From a virus, in IMG/VR virus record IMGVR_UViG_3300018411_000048: a stretch of 37,720 nucleotides of DNA. One strand, given 5' to 3'. Numbering within the stretch: position 1 is the stretch's first letter; each line of letters starts with the position of its first letter. Under the pieces are notes generated by a model that was not told the DNA's origin, did no database searches, and saw only the letters and a list, made by a program, of their open reading frames with translations. This document shows, in pieces, positions 7,260-15,499 of this stretch. Position numbers and translations under genes: made by a program.

Positions 7260-8621
7260 CTATATGTTATCATTGCCTTTATATATTTTGTATCTGCTAT
7301 ACCACATAGTTGTGAAAATACCTTCGCTGTCTACTATATCATATACTACAGGACTTGTTTTTCCTTCGAACTGTCTTTCTATTCTCCCTACAGATTGTAT
7401 AACCGTTGCTTTATCTTTTTTAGGAGTTGCAAGCACTAAACAATCAAGGCATGGAATGTCTAATCCTTCCTTGGCTAATCCATAACTGGCGAACAATATC
7501 CTTTCCTTTCCGTCCCTCATGGCTTGGATTATATCTTCTCTTTCTTGCTTCTGTGCTTTGGAAATCATTTTTCCATGTATCATAGCACCCTCGCCAACTA
7601 ATTCCTTTAAGCTTTCTAGCTGGTCCAACCTGTCAGATAAGACTAGTACGCTTTTATCCTTAGGAATGTCTTTTATTATATCAGATATATATATATTTCT
7701 TTCCTTGTTGTGTCCTAAATAATTTAAAGCCTTAGCAAATACAATGCTTCCATCATCCTTGTAACAGTAGCTTGGTAGCTTTATATTGTAGTTTTCCTTT
7801 CTAACTGTAGCCTTGCAGGTTTTAACAACAGACTTGTCTATTTCGATTAAAATATCACCTAACACTGAAAACATAGCAATTTCAGTGCCTTTCATATTCC
7901 TGTATGGTGTAGCTGTTAACCCTATCTTATATCTAGCATTTAAGCTATTAGCAATCTTATAAAACATTCCTAATTTTGTTATGCTTCCTGTCAACCTGTG
8001 GCACTCGTCAACAATTACAAGGTCAAACATATCTTCATATTCTTCCAAATCTTTATTGGATAAAGTTTGCACTAATGCGAATGTTATATCTTCTCCTATT
8101 TCAACCTTACCAGCCACTATTTTCCCTAAATCTGCACCCCTTAAATTATCTTTTGCTCTATTATATGATTGTTTTAATAAGTCTATTGTATGAGTAAGCC
8201 ATAAAGTCTTAACTCCCAACCTTGCTATTAATTCAAGTGCAGTTTGCGTTTTTCCGCTACCTGCTGGCATAACTATAATCCCATTAGAATCCTTAAATAT
8301 AACTTCATCTACTACTTGTTGTTGATAATCATATAATCTTATAGTAGAATTATACTTAACAGGGAATCTTATTTCTCTCAAATCCCTTACTTCTGGATTA
8401 AAACGCTTTATTAGTTTGCCAAGCATCCCAGCAGGCACAAATAGAGCGTCTTTTTCTTGCCTAAATAGCTTTAATTCCTTTGGTGTATTCCAATTAGAAA
8501 ACCCCATTTTTTCATTTTGATAATACTGCGGGTTTTCAATAGTCAGCATCCTAGCAATTTCATTTGCTTCCTGTAGGCTGTAACTGGTAATCCCTATTTC
8601 GTGCCTAACCCATAAAATCAT
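7260..8621 (-). CDS. Superfamily-2 DEAD/DEAH-box helicase
   Basis: 453 aa. Walker A is MPAGSGKT, motif II is VDECH, and a helicase C-terminal region follows. Confidence 0.8.
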   Translation of the reverse strand: MILWVRHEIGITSYSLQEANEIARMLTIENPQYYQNEKMGFSNWNTPKELKLFRQEKDALFVPAGMLGKLIKRFNPEVRDLREIRFPVKYNSTIRLYDYQQQVVDEVIFKDSNGIIVMPAGSGKTQTALELIARLGVKTLWLTHTIDLLKQSYNRAKDNLRGADLGKIVAGKVEIGEDITFALVQTLSNKDLEEYEDMFDLVIVDECHRLTGSITKLGMFYKIANSLNARYKIGLTATPYRNMKGTEIAMFSVLGDILIEIDKSVVKTCKATVRKENYNIKLPSYCYKDDGSIVFAKALNYLGHNKERNIYISDIIKDIPKDKSVLVLSDRLDQLESLKELVGEGAMIHGKMISKAQKQEREDIIQAMRDGKERILFASYGLAKEGLDIPCLDCLVLATPKKDKATVIQSVGRIERQFEGKTSPVVYDIVDSEGIFTTMWYSRYKIYKGNDNI

Positions 8622-8791
8622 TATTTCCCCTCCTTGTAATTTTCTTTAATCCATTTAAATACTTCTTCCTTATCAAATCTTATAGTGCCTGTAACAAGTC
8701 TGATAGAAGGCATCCCCATATCTCTGTAACGGTCAATAGTTCTAAGAGAAACCCCTATAACTTCTGCTAATTGCTTTCTACTTAACAACAT
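8621..8791 (-). CDS. Small MerR/excisionase-type HTH protein, 56 aa; not in the ORF track
   Basis: Hand translation: MLLSRKQLAEVIGVSLRTIDRYRDMGMPSIRLVTGTIRFDKEEVFKWIKENYKEGK. RBS AAAGGAGGTG. TAATG overlap with the helicase start. Confidence 0.65.
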   Translation of the reverse strand: MLLSRKQLAEVIGVSLRTIDRYRDMGMPSIRLVTGTIRFDKEEVFKWIKENYKEGK

Positions 8792-8813
8792 GTTTTCACC
8801 TCCTTTAATAAGT

Positions 8814-8842
8814 ATTATACGCTAAATGACGCTCAATGTCTA
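8814..8842 (-). promoter_or_regulatory. SigA-type promoter: TAGACA-17 nt-TATAAT
   Basis: The -35 box is at 8837..8842 and the -10 box at 8814..8819 (minus sense). It lies just downstream of a terminator. Confidence 0.55.
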
Positions 8843-8866
8843 CATATTACTTTTTTATTTACCCAT

Positions 8867-8894
8867 AAGAAAAAGGGAGATATTTTAATCTCCC
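8867..8894 (-). terminator. Rho-independent terminator
   Basis: GGGAGAU-UAAAAU-AUCUCCC followed by UUUUUCUU. Confidence 0.7.
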
Positions 8895-8905
8895 ATAACC
8901 TGTGC

Positions 8906-9139
8906 TTATAGCCCCTCAATTATATATTTCATTCTTTCCGCTTCTTCCTTTGCGAACTTTCTCCCGTATTCTGTTAGTGATTCAACTTCTATATATCCCA
9001 ACTTCAAGTTTTTCATAAAGTGGCTTACGCTTCCATAAACTGCATCACCGCAACCCTCAGCCGTTGCCACTGACTCAATATATCCGCTATCTGTTAGGTA
9101 TAAATCCCAGTTCCCTCTGTTTTCTGTTAATTGTATCAT
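8906..9139 (-). CDS. Hypothetical protein
   Basis: 77 aa. RBS AAGGAGGAAAAAG-ATG. Confidence 0.6.
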   Translation of the reverse strand: MIQLTENRGNWDLYLTDSGYIESVATAEGCGDAVYGSVSHFMKNLKLGYIEVESLTEYGRKFAKEEAERMKYIIEGL

Positions 9140-9398
9140 CTTTTTCCTCCTTGTATTTTAAAGCGATCTTCTTTGATAACTCATTCCCTTTTTCGCATAT
9201 CTTTTCAGTTGCTAATTCTACTATTCTTTCTGCCCTTTCCTCTGATATTCTTGATTCCCTCATAGCTTCTTTCAGGCAAATCATAGCCATTTGGAAAGCT
9301 ATATTAAAACGTTTCTCAGCTTCTTTCATAATAACAGGTTCTAAGTCTTTCGCTATCAAATCCACTCTTTGCAACTTCCTTCTGTCTGCTCTATTCAT
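9087..9398 (-). CDS. Hypothetical protein
   Basis: 103 aa. RBS GAGGGAGGTAAC. Its 3' end overlaps the next gene by 53 nt. Confidence 0.55.
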   Translation of the reverse strand: MNRADRRKLQRVDLIAKDLEPVIMKEAEKRFNIAFQMAMICLKEAMRESRISEERAERIVELATEKICEKGNELSKKIALKYKEEKDDTINRKQRELGFIPNR

Positions 9399-9499
9399 GT
9401 TTTGTTACCTCCCTCAAATCAATATTTTTAGATTTAAGGGTAGTTTAATAATTTTTAAGGCATTTATACCTTTAAACTATAAACCACCCTACATTATGC

Positions 9500-10402
9500 T
9501 TATTTCTTTATAAAATACTGTATATCATATTCTTTCATGTACGATTCTAATGCTTTTATTTTATTGTCAGTAGTTTTAACTTTAATGTAATATATATCTT
9601 CTTTTTCTTCCTTTGAATCTTCAACAGGTACAAACTTTTGAACATCCTCAACAACCTTAGATATTGTTTCCGCTGCTTTTTGATTTGCCTTTTCTTCCTC
9701 TTGTCTCTTGATTCTTTCAATTGCTTCTTTTTCTCTTTCTGCTGCTCGTTTAGCAGATTCTTCTATTTTTATCTTAGCTGCTGCTACCTCTAAGTGTAAA
9801 AAGTTGTTAAAATCTAGCTCTACTGATAAGTTGTTTTTAATGTTGTGCATTTCGCATATAGTCTTTATTGTTTCAACCTTGTTTTCATAATCAGACTTTT
9901 GCTTAAAAAGCTCCACAAATTGCTGCTCTAAATCTTCCTTTATTGCTTTAATGCTTTCAGTTTTATTGAGATACTTCTCTTTAAATTCTATTTTATTGGT
10001 GTATTCTGCTTCAAGTCCTGCATCTTGCTTCATTTCTGATATTAAGGTTAATACTTCTTGTTTTTTAGCTTCTTTCCTTTTTTCTTCAAAGCCCTCATAC
10101 TGCAATTTTAACGGCTTGTAAACTTCATCTACTTTAGATACTAAAGCTTTACATTTTGCTTCAAATTCTTTTATAGGTTTTTCCATTTCCTTTTTATGTT
10201 TCTTTCTAAAATCTTCCACATTCTTCGATAATTTGTTCAAATCTGCTAATGTGTCTTTTGCAAAGGCTAAATCAGCTTCCTGTATTACCCAACCTTTCAT
10301 GTCACCTATAAGACCTTCAAGATACTGTTCTGCTTGCTTATAATTAAAATCAATCTGTGCTTCCACCTTATTAGTTATTACCATTTCTGTGTTATTTGTC
10401 AT
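9500..10402 (-). CDS. DUF1351-like recombination-module protein
   Basis: 300 aa, coiled-coil rich. Its position next to the annealase gene is typical of DUF1351 in Firmicutes phages (recollection). Confidence 0.5.
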   Translation of the reverse strand: MTNNTEMVITNKVEAQIDFNYKQAEQYLEGLIGDMKGWVIQEADLAFAKDTLADLNKLSKNVEDFRKKHKKEMEKPIKEFEAKCKALVSKVDEVYKPLKLQYEGFEEKRKEAKKQEVLTLISEMKQDAGLEAEYTNKIEFKEKYLNKTESIKAIKEDLEQQFVELFKQKSDYENKVETIKTICEMHNIKNNLSVELDFNNFLHLEVAAAKIKIEESAKRAAEREKEAIERIKRQEEEKANQKAAETISKVVEDVQKFVPVEDSKEEKEDIYYIKVKTTDNKIKALESYMKEYDIQYFIKK

Positions 10403-10423
10403 TTTGTTTCCTCCTAGTTTTTT

Positions 10424-10582
10424 TTATTTGACGACTCTACCACGATTATATTTTCTAGTGTGATCTATGCTTTTCTTGTAATTGTTGTAAAAATAATTAT
10501 CTACTTGCGTTTTCACCTCCCACTTCTTTTGACGTTGCTTTTCTAGTAATTTTCTTGTAAATTCTTCCTTACTCAGCTTCAT
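10424..10582 (-). CDS. Small basic protein, 52 aa; not in the ORF track
   Basis: Hand translation: MKLSKEEFTRKLLEKQRQKKWEVKTQVDNYFYNNYKKSIDHTRKYNRGRVVK. ATGA overlap with the ERF stop codon. Confidence 0.5.
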   Translation of the reverse strand: MKLSKEEFTRKLLEKQRQKKWEVKTQVDNYFYNNYKKSIDHTRKYNRGRVVK

Positions 10583-11184
10583 TTCTTATCTTCCAATTTC
10601 TCATAACCTGCAACCGCTTCATCATATTCTTTTTTTGTTAAATCTGCCACGCTTATTTTGTTATATTTCTTTGCTATGTGAGTCTTAACATCTGCTGTTG
10701 TGTAGCCTTTTTTGCCTGCTATAGTATAAAGCCTTTTAACCTGTGCTTCTGATAATCCTGTGCTTTCTTTCTCTGCATGCTGCTTTGCTCCATGTGTGTT
10801 AGTTGAATCTGAATCTTTAGTATCATCTATTGCAAACATTCCATTAAGTGCGTATTTTCTAGCGTAACTTGATGAAGCCCCTGTTACCTGCGAACCGTCC
10901 ATTCCTTTTTTATTCTCCTCTTCTCTCGCAAATCCTTCTACTTCGTGTTTTTCGCCTGTTTCAGTGTCTATTACTGTTACAGTAGCCTTTATATAGTAAC
11001 GCTCACCTATTAGCTTCAAATCATCTGTAATAGTCATTAAAAGACCTTCTTCTTTCAGCAATGGCTTAACTGCTTCAACTATATCTTCGCAACTTCTGTA
11101 TTTGTACTTTCCAAAACTGTTAAACTGTCCCTTTGGAGCTTTAAGTTCCGATTGTACATTTAAAAGCTTTTTAAATAAATTCAT
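10579..11184 (-). CDS. ERF-family single-strand annealing protein
   Basis: KYKYRSCEDIVEAVKPLL and GASSSYARKYALNGMF match ERF motifs as I recall them. The start is taken at MNLFKK, which follows RBS GGGAGG. Confidence 0.7.
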   Translation of the reverse strand: MNLFKKLLNVQSELKAPKGQFNSFGKYKYRSCEDIVEAVKPLLKEEGLLMTITDDLKLIGERYYIKATVTVIDTETGEKHEVEGFAREEENKKGMDGSQVTGASSSYARKYALNGMFAIDDTKDSDSTNTHGAKQHAEKESTGLSEAQVKRLYTIAGKKGYTTADVKTHIAKKYNKISVADLTKKEYDEAVAGYEKLEDKK

Positions 11185-11216
11185 TTGCTTACCTCCCTGC
11201 AATTTTTAAAAATAAA

Positions 11217-11411
11217 TTACTTTAAATTTTGTAGTGCAGAATCAATTACTTTGAATTCTGAAATGTAAAACCCATAATGTCCATGGGTTTTATCTCCTTT
11301 AATATTTTCAATTACCTTTTCTGCCTTTTCTTTTTCAAGAAAAGTTCCTAAAATAACTTCGTATGCATCGTCGTACTGTCCACCGTATGCTACTGCTTGA
11401 TATACTTTCAT
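11217..11411 (-). CDS. Hypothetical protein; first gene of the long early transcription unit
   Basis: 64 aa counted from MKVYQAV. RBS CAGGGAGGTAGTGAA-ATG. Confidence 0.55.
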   Translation of the reverse strand: MKVYQAVAYGGQYDDAYEVILGTFLEKEKAEKVIENIKGDKTHGHYGFYISEFKVIDSALQNLK

Positions 11412-11475
11412 TTCACTACCTCCCTGTTTTTGTTTTACTTGCTTAAATATAGTATAAAGCTTTATCACAGATAAA

Positions 11476-11497
11476 TAGTTACAAAATAGTTACAAAA
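11476..11497 (-). promoter_or_regulatory. Tandem TTTTGTAACTA x2 operator/promoter element at the head of the early unit
   Basis: Exact tandem 11-mers. A TATACT box follows at 11451..11456 (minus sense). Confidence 0.55.
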
Positions 11498-11504
11498 TAT
11501 AAAC

Positions 11505-11533
11505 TTGCAATTATTTCTTTTATATAGTATTAT
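11505..11533 (+). promoter_or_regulatory. Plus-strand promoter TTGCAA-17 nt-TATTAT for the tRNA
   Basis: Hexamers at 11505..11510 and 11528..11533. The tRNA begins 21 nt downstream. Confidence 0.5.
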
Positions 11534-11553
11534 TAGATTATAGATTTCCCTCT

Positions 11554-11629
11554 ATTGGTGTAGCTCAGTTGATAGAGCATCGGTCTCCAAAACCGAGTGT
11601 CGCAGGTTCGAATCCTGCCACCTTTGCCA
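11554..11629 (+). tRNA. trnW: tRNA-Trp (anticodon CCA)-like, with atypical acceptor stem and D-loop
   Basis: 76-nt cloverleaf. D stem is GCUC/GAGC, anticodon stem UCGGU/ACCGA, anticodon loop CUCCAAA, T arm GCAGG-UUCGAAU-CCUGC, and the CCA end is encoded. Two problems: U2-U71 and U3-U70 are mismatched, and the D-loop reads GA where GG18-19 is expected. Confidence 0.6.
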
Positions 11630-11659
11630 AATATTTGCTAATTTGTTGCCTCCCAGCAA

Positions 11660-11696
11660 TAAAAAAGAGCCTACTATATGTAGACTCTTTTTTTTA
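11660..11696. terminator. Bidirectional rho-independent terminator between the tRNA and the end of the lysis unit
   Basis: AAAAAA-AGAGCCUAC-UAUAU-GUAGACUCU-UUUUUUU. One internal mismatch, with an A-tract and a U-tract on either side. Confidence 0.7.
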
Positions 11697-11876
11697 CCCT
11701 TTATTCTGTTCATTTTCTTTAAAAGGAAGCCCCACCATTACGCCCAATAAAGCACCTAATAAGATTTCATTAAACTCTTTAGTTTCCCAAAACCCCCATG
11801 CAATAAAAAGTACTAAGGCTGCTAATACTATTAGCTGATAAATAACCCCATATCTAAAGTTTTCCGTTTGTTTCAT
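11694..11876 (-). CDS. Small two-TM membrane protein; holin candidate
   Basis: 60 aa with two hydrophobic segments. It lies immediately downstream of the endolysin. Confidence 0.5.
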   Translation of the reverse strand: MKQTENFRYGVIYQLIVLAALVLFIAWGFWETKEFNEILLGALLGVMVGLPFKENEQNKG

Positions 11877-11877
11877 T

Positions 11878-13221
11878 TTACTCCCCCTTTATCGCAATAT
11901 AGTTGTTAACTGCTCTATTGCTTGCAACTTTAACCTTGTTTCCTACCTTCATACAGGAGCTACCCCCGCCATCTAAGCTAATAGCAAAGTCAAGTTTTAA
12001 GTTGTTAACAGATTGTATTATTCGGTCATGACTAGATTCTGGTCTTATACAGATATATAGCAAATCTTCATTTTTCTTGTATCCTATAAAGGTTTTATTT
12101 GCGACTCTTAACACATCGGCATATTGCCCATTGAACCCTTCTGAATCTGGATTGTAACCGTATGGTGCAACTATTCCAAGCCCACCAATTGCCCACTCTA
12201 TTCCTTCATTAAATATTTCCGATATTAGCCTTATACGTTTTATCTTAACTTCTCCCAAAATTGTCATGTATACAACAGATTGAGGAAATCCTCTCCATGC
12301 GTGAGAAGCTTGGTCCGATAATATTTTGCCCTCTGATACTAAAATACCATTTGGCTTACCTTCCCAAAAAAACGTACCATTAACTGCTGTTTTGTCTGGA
12401 ATGTTTACTATTGCTTGATTTCTTATAACAACTTTTAAATCTCTAGGTTTAATTTTTAATATGTGAGTAGTTCCTATAACTCCATAACTGTGTAAAGGCT
12501 CTTTATTTCCGTTTACAGGCTCTTTTGTTTCTTCCTCTATTTCTTTATCGTTGCTATCCTCAACACCCTTTAAATCGGATAATAATACCTTGTGCATATT
12601 CGCCATAATAGAAAATACTGCCCAAGCTGGCATGTTATCATCAATCTTCTTGGACCAACCTTCGTAATCATTTACTATTTTATTATCATTTAAATATTTG
12701 AGATTTTCTAATTTCCGATTTGGTATTTCCACTTTATCACCTCTTCTCAAATAGCTATCGTACTGCGTTCTAAAGTTATTCATATTTATAACAGGGCATG
12801 GGCTTGTTTGATTAGGAAACTCGTTGTGTCCTCTTATTCTTTTAATTGTAGTAATGTTCATTTGCAAATACTCTATTAGCTGAAAAGCTGATTCAAGTTG
12901 GGCTTGCGTTGGCTTCTCTACTGCAAAATCTCCCACTAGGCATATACCTATCACATAGCTGTTGTTACCACCTACGTTAGCCCTAGTAGTGTTTATATCT
13001 CCACAATACTCAACTGTTCCATCTTTTAATATAACATAGTGATATCCTATGCCTGCCCAACCATTAGTATTTACATGATGATTAGCAAAGCTTGCACTAT
13101 TGCCCGAACGTGTAGCCGAATAATGAACTGCTATATCTGTTATATTGCTTAAATTTCTGGTAGAAAAACGCTTTGTTTTATGCCTTGTTATTTTGTTTCT
13201 AACATCTACTATTTTTCTCAT
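11878..13221 (-). CDS. Endolysin: N-acetylmuramoyl-L-alanine amidase (PGRP/Amidase_2-like) N-terminus plus a large C-terminal domain
   Basis: 447 aa. AVHYSATRSG...GYHYVI...GICLVGDF is amidase_2-like. It sits in the lysis position after XhlA/XkdX-like genes. Confidence 0.7.
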   Translation of the reverse strand: MRKIVDVRNKITRHKTKRFSTRNLSNITDIAVHYSATRSGNSASFANHHVNTNGWAGIGYHYVILKDGTVEYCGDINTTRANVGGNNSYVIGICLVGDFAVEKPTQAQLESAFQLIEYLQMNITTIKRIRGHNEFPNQTSPCPVINMNNFRTQYDSYLRRGDKVEIPNRKLENLKYLNDNKIVNDYEGWSKKIDDNMPAWAVFSIMANMHKVLLSDLKGVEDSNDKEIEEETKEPVNGNKEPLHSYGVIGTTHILKIKPRDLKVVIRNQAIVNIPDKTAVNGTFFWEGKPNGILVSEGKILSDQASHAWRGFPQSVVYMTILGEVKIKRIRLISEIFNEGIEWAIGGLGIVAPYGYNPDSEGFNGQYADVLRVANKTFIGYKKNEDLLYICIRPESSHDRIIQSVNNLKLDFAISLDGGGSSCMKVGNKVKVASNRAVNNYIAIKGE

Positions 13222-13538
13222 TAATTACCCCCAAACTGAGCGGCCAACCACACTACGACCCCTCCAGTTATTCCAGCTTTTGCTATAAAAAGCCCGAAAT
13301 CATAGACTATTTTTTCAAACGGGTCTTCTCTTTGATATACTGCAACCTCTATCCTTGATACTGCTTCCTTAATCTCACTCATTAAGTTGTAAAGTGTCTT
13401 TGTATCTCTCTCCTGTGCTGACATTTGCCTTTCTAGTTGATTGACTCTTACCCCTAAGCCGTTCATATCTCCCCTAAGTTGAGTCATGTTCTCTTTTCCT
13501 GCCTCTTGATATGGGCAATCTCTGCAATCTTCCCCCAT
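13221..13538 (-). CDS. XhlA-like lysis-associated membrane protein
   Basis: Coiled-coil segment followed by a C-terminal TM (GLFIAKAGITGGVVVWLAAQFGG). The start is taken at MGEDC, which follows RBS AAAGGAGG. Confidence 0.5.
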   Translation of the reverse strand: MGEDCRDCPYQEAGKENMTQLRGDMNGLGVRVNQLERQMSAQERDTKTLYNLMSEIKEAVSRIEVAVYQREDPFEKIVYDFGLFIAKAGITGGVVVWLAAQFGGN

Positions 13539-13599
13539 AGGTGTCCTCCTTTTGAAAAAGGAAGAGTTTCCCCTTCCCTGCATGATTCGCATTATGAAA

Positions 13600-13773
13600 C
13601 TATTGTGTTATTGACTTATCTGCTAAAAGTTGAGTAAGTTCACTGTATTCATTTTGAGTAACTCGATTATTTAATAGAAAAGCATCCAACTTAAACTGCA
13701 TATCATCTTTTTCAGCTTGTGTTTTGTAGTTTGCGTTTCCTATTACCCTTTTACATAATAAATAAGTTTGCAT
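13600..13773 (-). CDS. XkdX-like small protein, 57 aa; not in the ORF track
   Basis: Hand translation: MQTYLLCKRVIGNANYKTQAEKDDMQFKLDAFLLNNRVTQNEYSELTQLLADKSITQ. It lies between the tail-fibre and lysis genes, as in PBSX-like elements. Confidence 0.5.
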   Translation of the reverse strand: MQTYLLCKRVIGNANYKTQAEKDDMQFKLDAFLLNNRVTQNEYSELTQLLADKSITQ

Positions 13774-13774
13774 A

Positions 13775-14035
13775 TTACATTCCTCCTAATTCAATCATAG
13801 TTAATCTAAATTCTAAATCCAAAAGATAATCTTCCATGTTTATAGTAGGCTCTGGTGGTGGCTCTAGTGGCAAATATTTTTCAGTGCTCCAAACACCATT
13901 CTCGTACTTTCGCCACAAATAGTCTTCATCACACTTTTCTATTTCAATTAAATTAGAATCATTTACTTCTGCATTAAGCTGAGAAACCCCTATACATATA
14001 TTTGAATCATCAATTGTAGCATAATTTTTCATCAT
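13775..14035 (-). CDS. Hypothetical protein; tail-fibre accessory position
   Basis: 86-aa ORF. Confidence 0.55.
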   Translation of the reverse strand: MMKNYATIDDSNICIGVSQLNAEVNDSNLIEIEKCDEDYLWRKYENGVWSTEKYLPLEPPPEPTINMEDYLLDLEFRLTMIELGGM

Positions 14036-14044
14036 TATCCCCTC

Positions 14045-14863
14045 CTAAACAAATTCGATTACTTCCCAAAGCACATAATGTGATCCTGTATAATTTGAGT
14101 TTATTATTATACTACTTGAACTAGCAAATTCTGCTGATATGGTAGTTCTTGAAGCATCTCGGCTCGGACCAACTTTTAGCATTAAATTTATAGTTGACTT
14201 ATCAATATTAATAGCTGATATCGCTTGAGTTATAGTTGTTGAATTTAGTACATTACTTCCCCTTTGAATACTTTTTATCATACTGTCACCATCTTTCATT
14301 AACCTTGTCCAATCACTCCAAGCATTATTGAAATATCTTCTTATATACATATTGTTATCCGAATTGTAAGATGTTGCTATCTGAACTCTATTACTGTTTA
14401 CTGCTTTTGTGCTATAAAAAAGTGTTTGAATATGCCAATAATATGAGCTACTTGGGCTATTTGCATGATTTGATAAAATATATGATTCTAGTGTTGTATT
14501 TGGGTCAGAGTTAGAGCCTATAGCAATGGCATTTACAAAATCTTCAGCATGTTTATTATCTAGTAAATCAGCATCAAGCCCACTACCCGCCCCATCTACC
14601 GTTTTAATTTTTGTTAGTATAGAATTTGCTGAAACCAGCTGGTCTAAATCGTTTTCTGAAACTTTTTGTGCCAATTGCGAATCAATATCTTCTACTACTG
14701 CCCTTGTTTCCTCTAGTGCTTCATATGTTCCTTTTCTCAACCAATTCTCCCATTTTGCGGGAGGCTTATCACCTGCTATATATCCTACATCTTTCTTAGC
14801 TTCGGGTGGCTCTATCACATCACCCGACCATCTAGGTATAATCTTAGTCCAAATTATAGGCAT
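14045..14863 (-). CDS. Tail fibre / receptor-binding protein
   Basis: 272 aa. GAGSGLDADLLDNKHAEDF is a common phage tail-fibre motif. It lies downstream of the baseplate genes. Confidence 0.65.
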   Translation of the reverse strand: MPIIWTKIIPRWSGDVIEPPEAKKDVGYIAGDKPPAKWENWLRKGTYEALEETRAVVEDIDSQLAQKVSENDLDQLVSANSILTKIKTVDGAGSGLDADLLDNKHAEDFVNAIAIGSNSDPNTTLESYILSNHANSPSSSYYWHIQTLFYSTKAVNSNRVQIATSYNSDNNMYIRRYFNNAWSDWTRLMKDGDSMIKSIQRGSNVLNSTTITQAISAINIDKSTINLMLKVGPSRDASRTTISAEFASSSSIIINSNYTGSHYVLWEVIEFV

Positions 14864-14878
14864 ATATCCACTTCCTTT

Positions 14879-15499
14879 CTATATTGGGAAATTAGGGTCA
14901 TTATCGGGCTGGTATAAATCCCCTAAAGTTCCCCCATTAACCATGTTTTCATCTGCATAACCTGTATCTAAATCAAATCCTAAAGAATCTCCTACATACT
15001 CAAAAGTTCCAAAAAACTCAACAAACTTGACTCCTATTCCTGCTGCTGTTAATCTTGCTACTATTCTTCCTAATTGCCCTATAGTCATTCCGATTTCTGC
15101 AAGTGTAGTAAGTGGTATTTGTATAAGCGTTATAGTCTGAGGCTCACCCGCAATGCCTTCTTCAATAACAATTTCGCTAGGGTCTACGTTTAATGCTAAA
15201 GATAAAACCTCAATCATATTATTGTATGTTCCTGTAGCCTTATTCCTTGCAATTCTGGAAGCTATTAACACTCTGTATATATCGTCGCTTACCTCACCTC
15301 TAAATTGCATTAAGTCCTGCCCTATATTGTCAAGTGCTACTCCTTCGGCTTGTTCTAAGTCCTGCCAATCTTCTATTCTCCTATACATTATCTGTATGTC
15401 GTCTAGTTCTTCACTAACAATCTGCATAAGCTTAAATATGTTAGTACTTTTGTAGTTCTGTGTTAGCCTTTTTTTAATATCTTCTAGTATATTAGACAA
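14879..15499 (-). CDS. Baseplate/tail protein (XkdU / DUF2313-like position)
   Basis: 206 aa. Follows the baseplate J-like gene. Confidence 0.5.
   Translation of the reverse strand: MSNILEDIKKRLTQNYKSTNIFKLMQIVSEELDDIQIMYRRIEDWQDLEQAEGVALDNIGQDLMQFRGEVSDDIYRVLIASRIARNKATGTYNNMIEVLSLALNVDPSEIVIEEGIAGEPQTITLIQIPLTTLAEIGMTIGQLGRIVARLTAAGIGVKFVEFFGTFEYVGDSLGFDLDTGYADENMVNGGTLGDLYQPDNDPNFPI

Noticed and set aside
11554-11629. The tRNA-like gene considered as the attP core of an integrating phage.
   Set aside because: No integrase or excision module is present anywhere in the closed genome. I kept it only as one alternative in the tRNA finding.
13539-13599. A weak hairpin (GGAAG-8 nt-CUUCC-UUUUUC) between the XkdX-like and XhlA-like genes, considered as a terminator.
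   Set aside because: The stem is only 5 bp and it overlaps the RBS region of the next gene. Evidence is insufficient.
14526-14960. Plus-strand ORFs in the track. Examples: 392..583, 6095..6496, 9064..9513, 14526..14960, 18739..19134, 19441..19908, 20469..20822, 34244..34792, 37067..37378.
   Set aside because: All lie antisense to well-supported minus-strand genes, have no RBS, and give low-complexity Ser/Leu/Ile/Phe-rich translations typical of shadow frames in AT-rich DNA.
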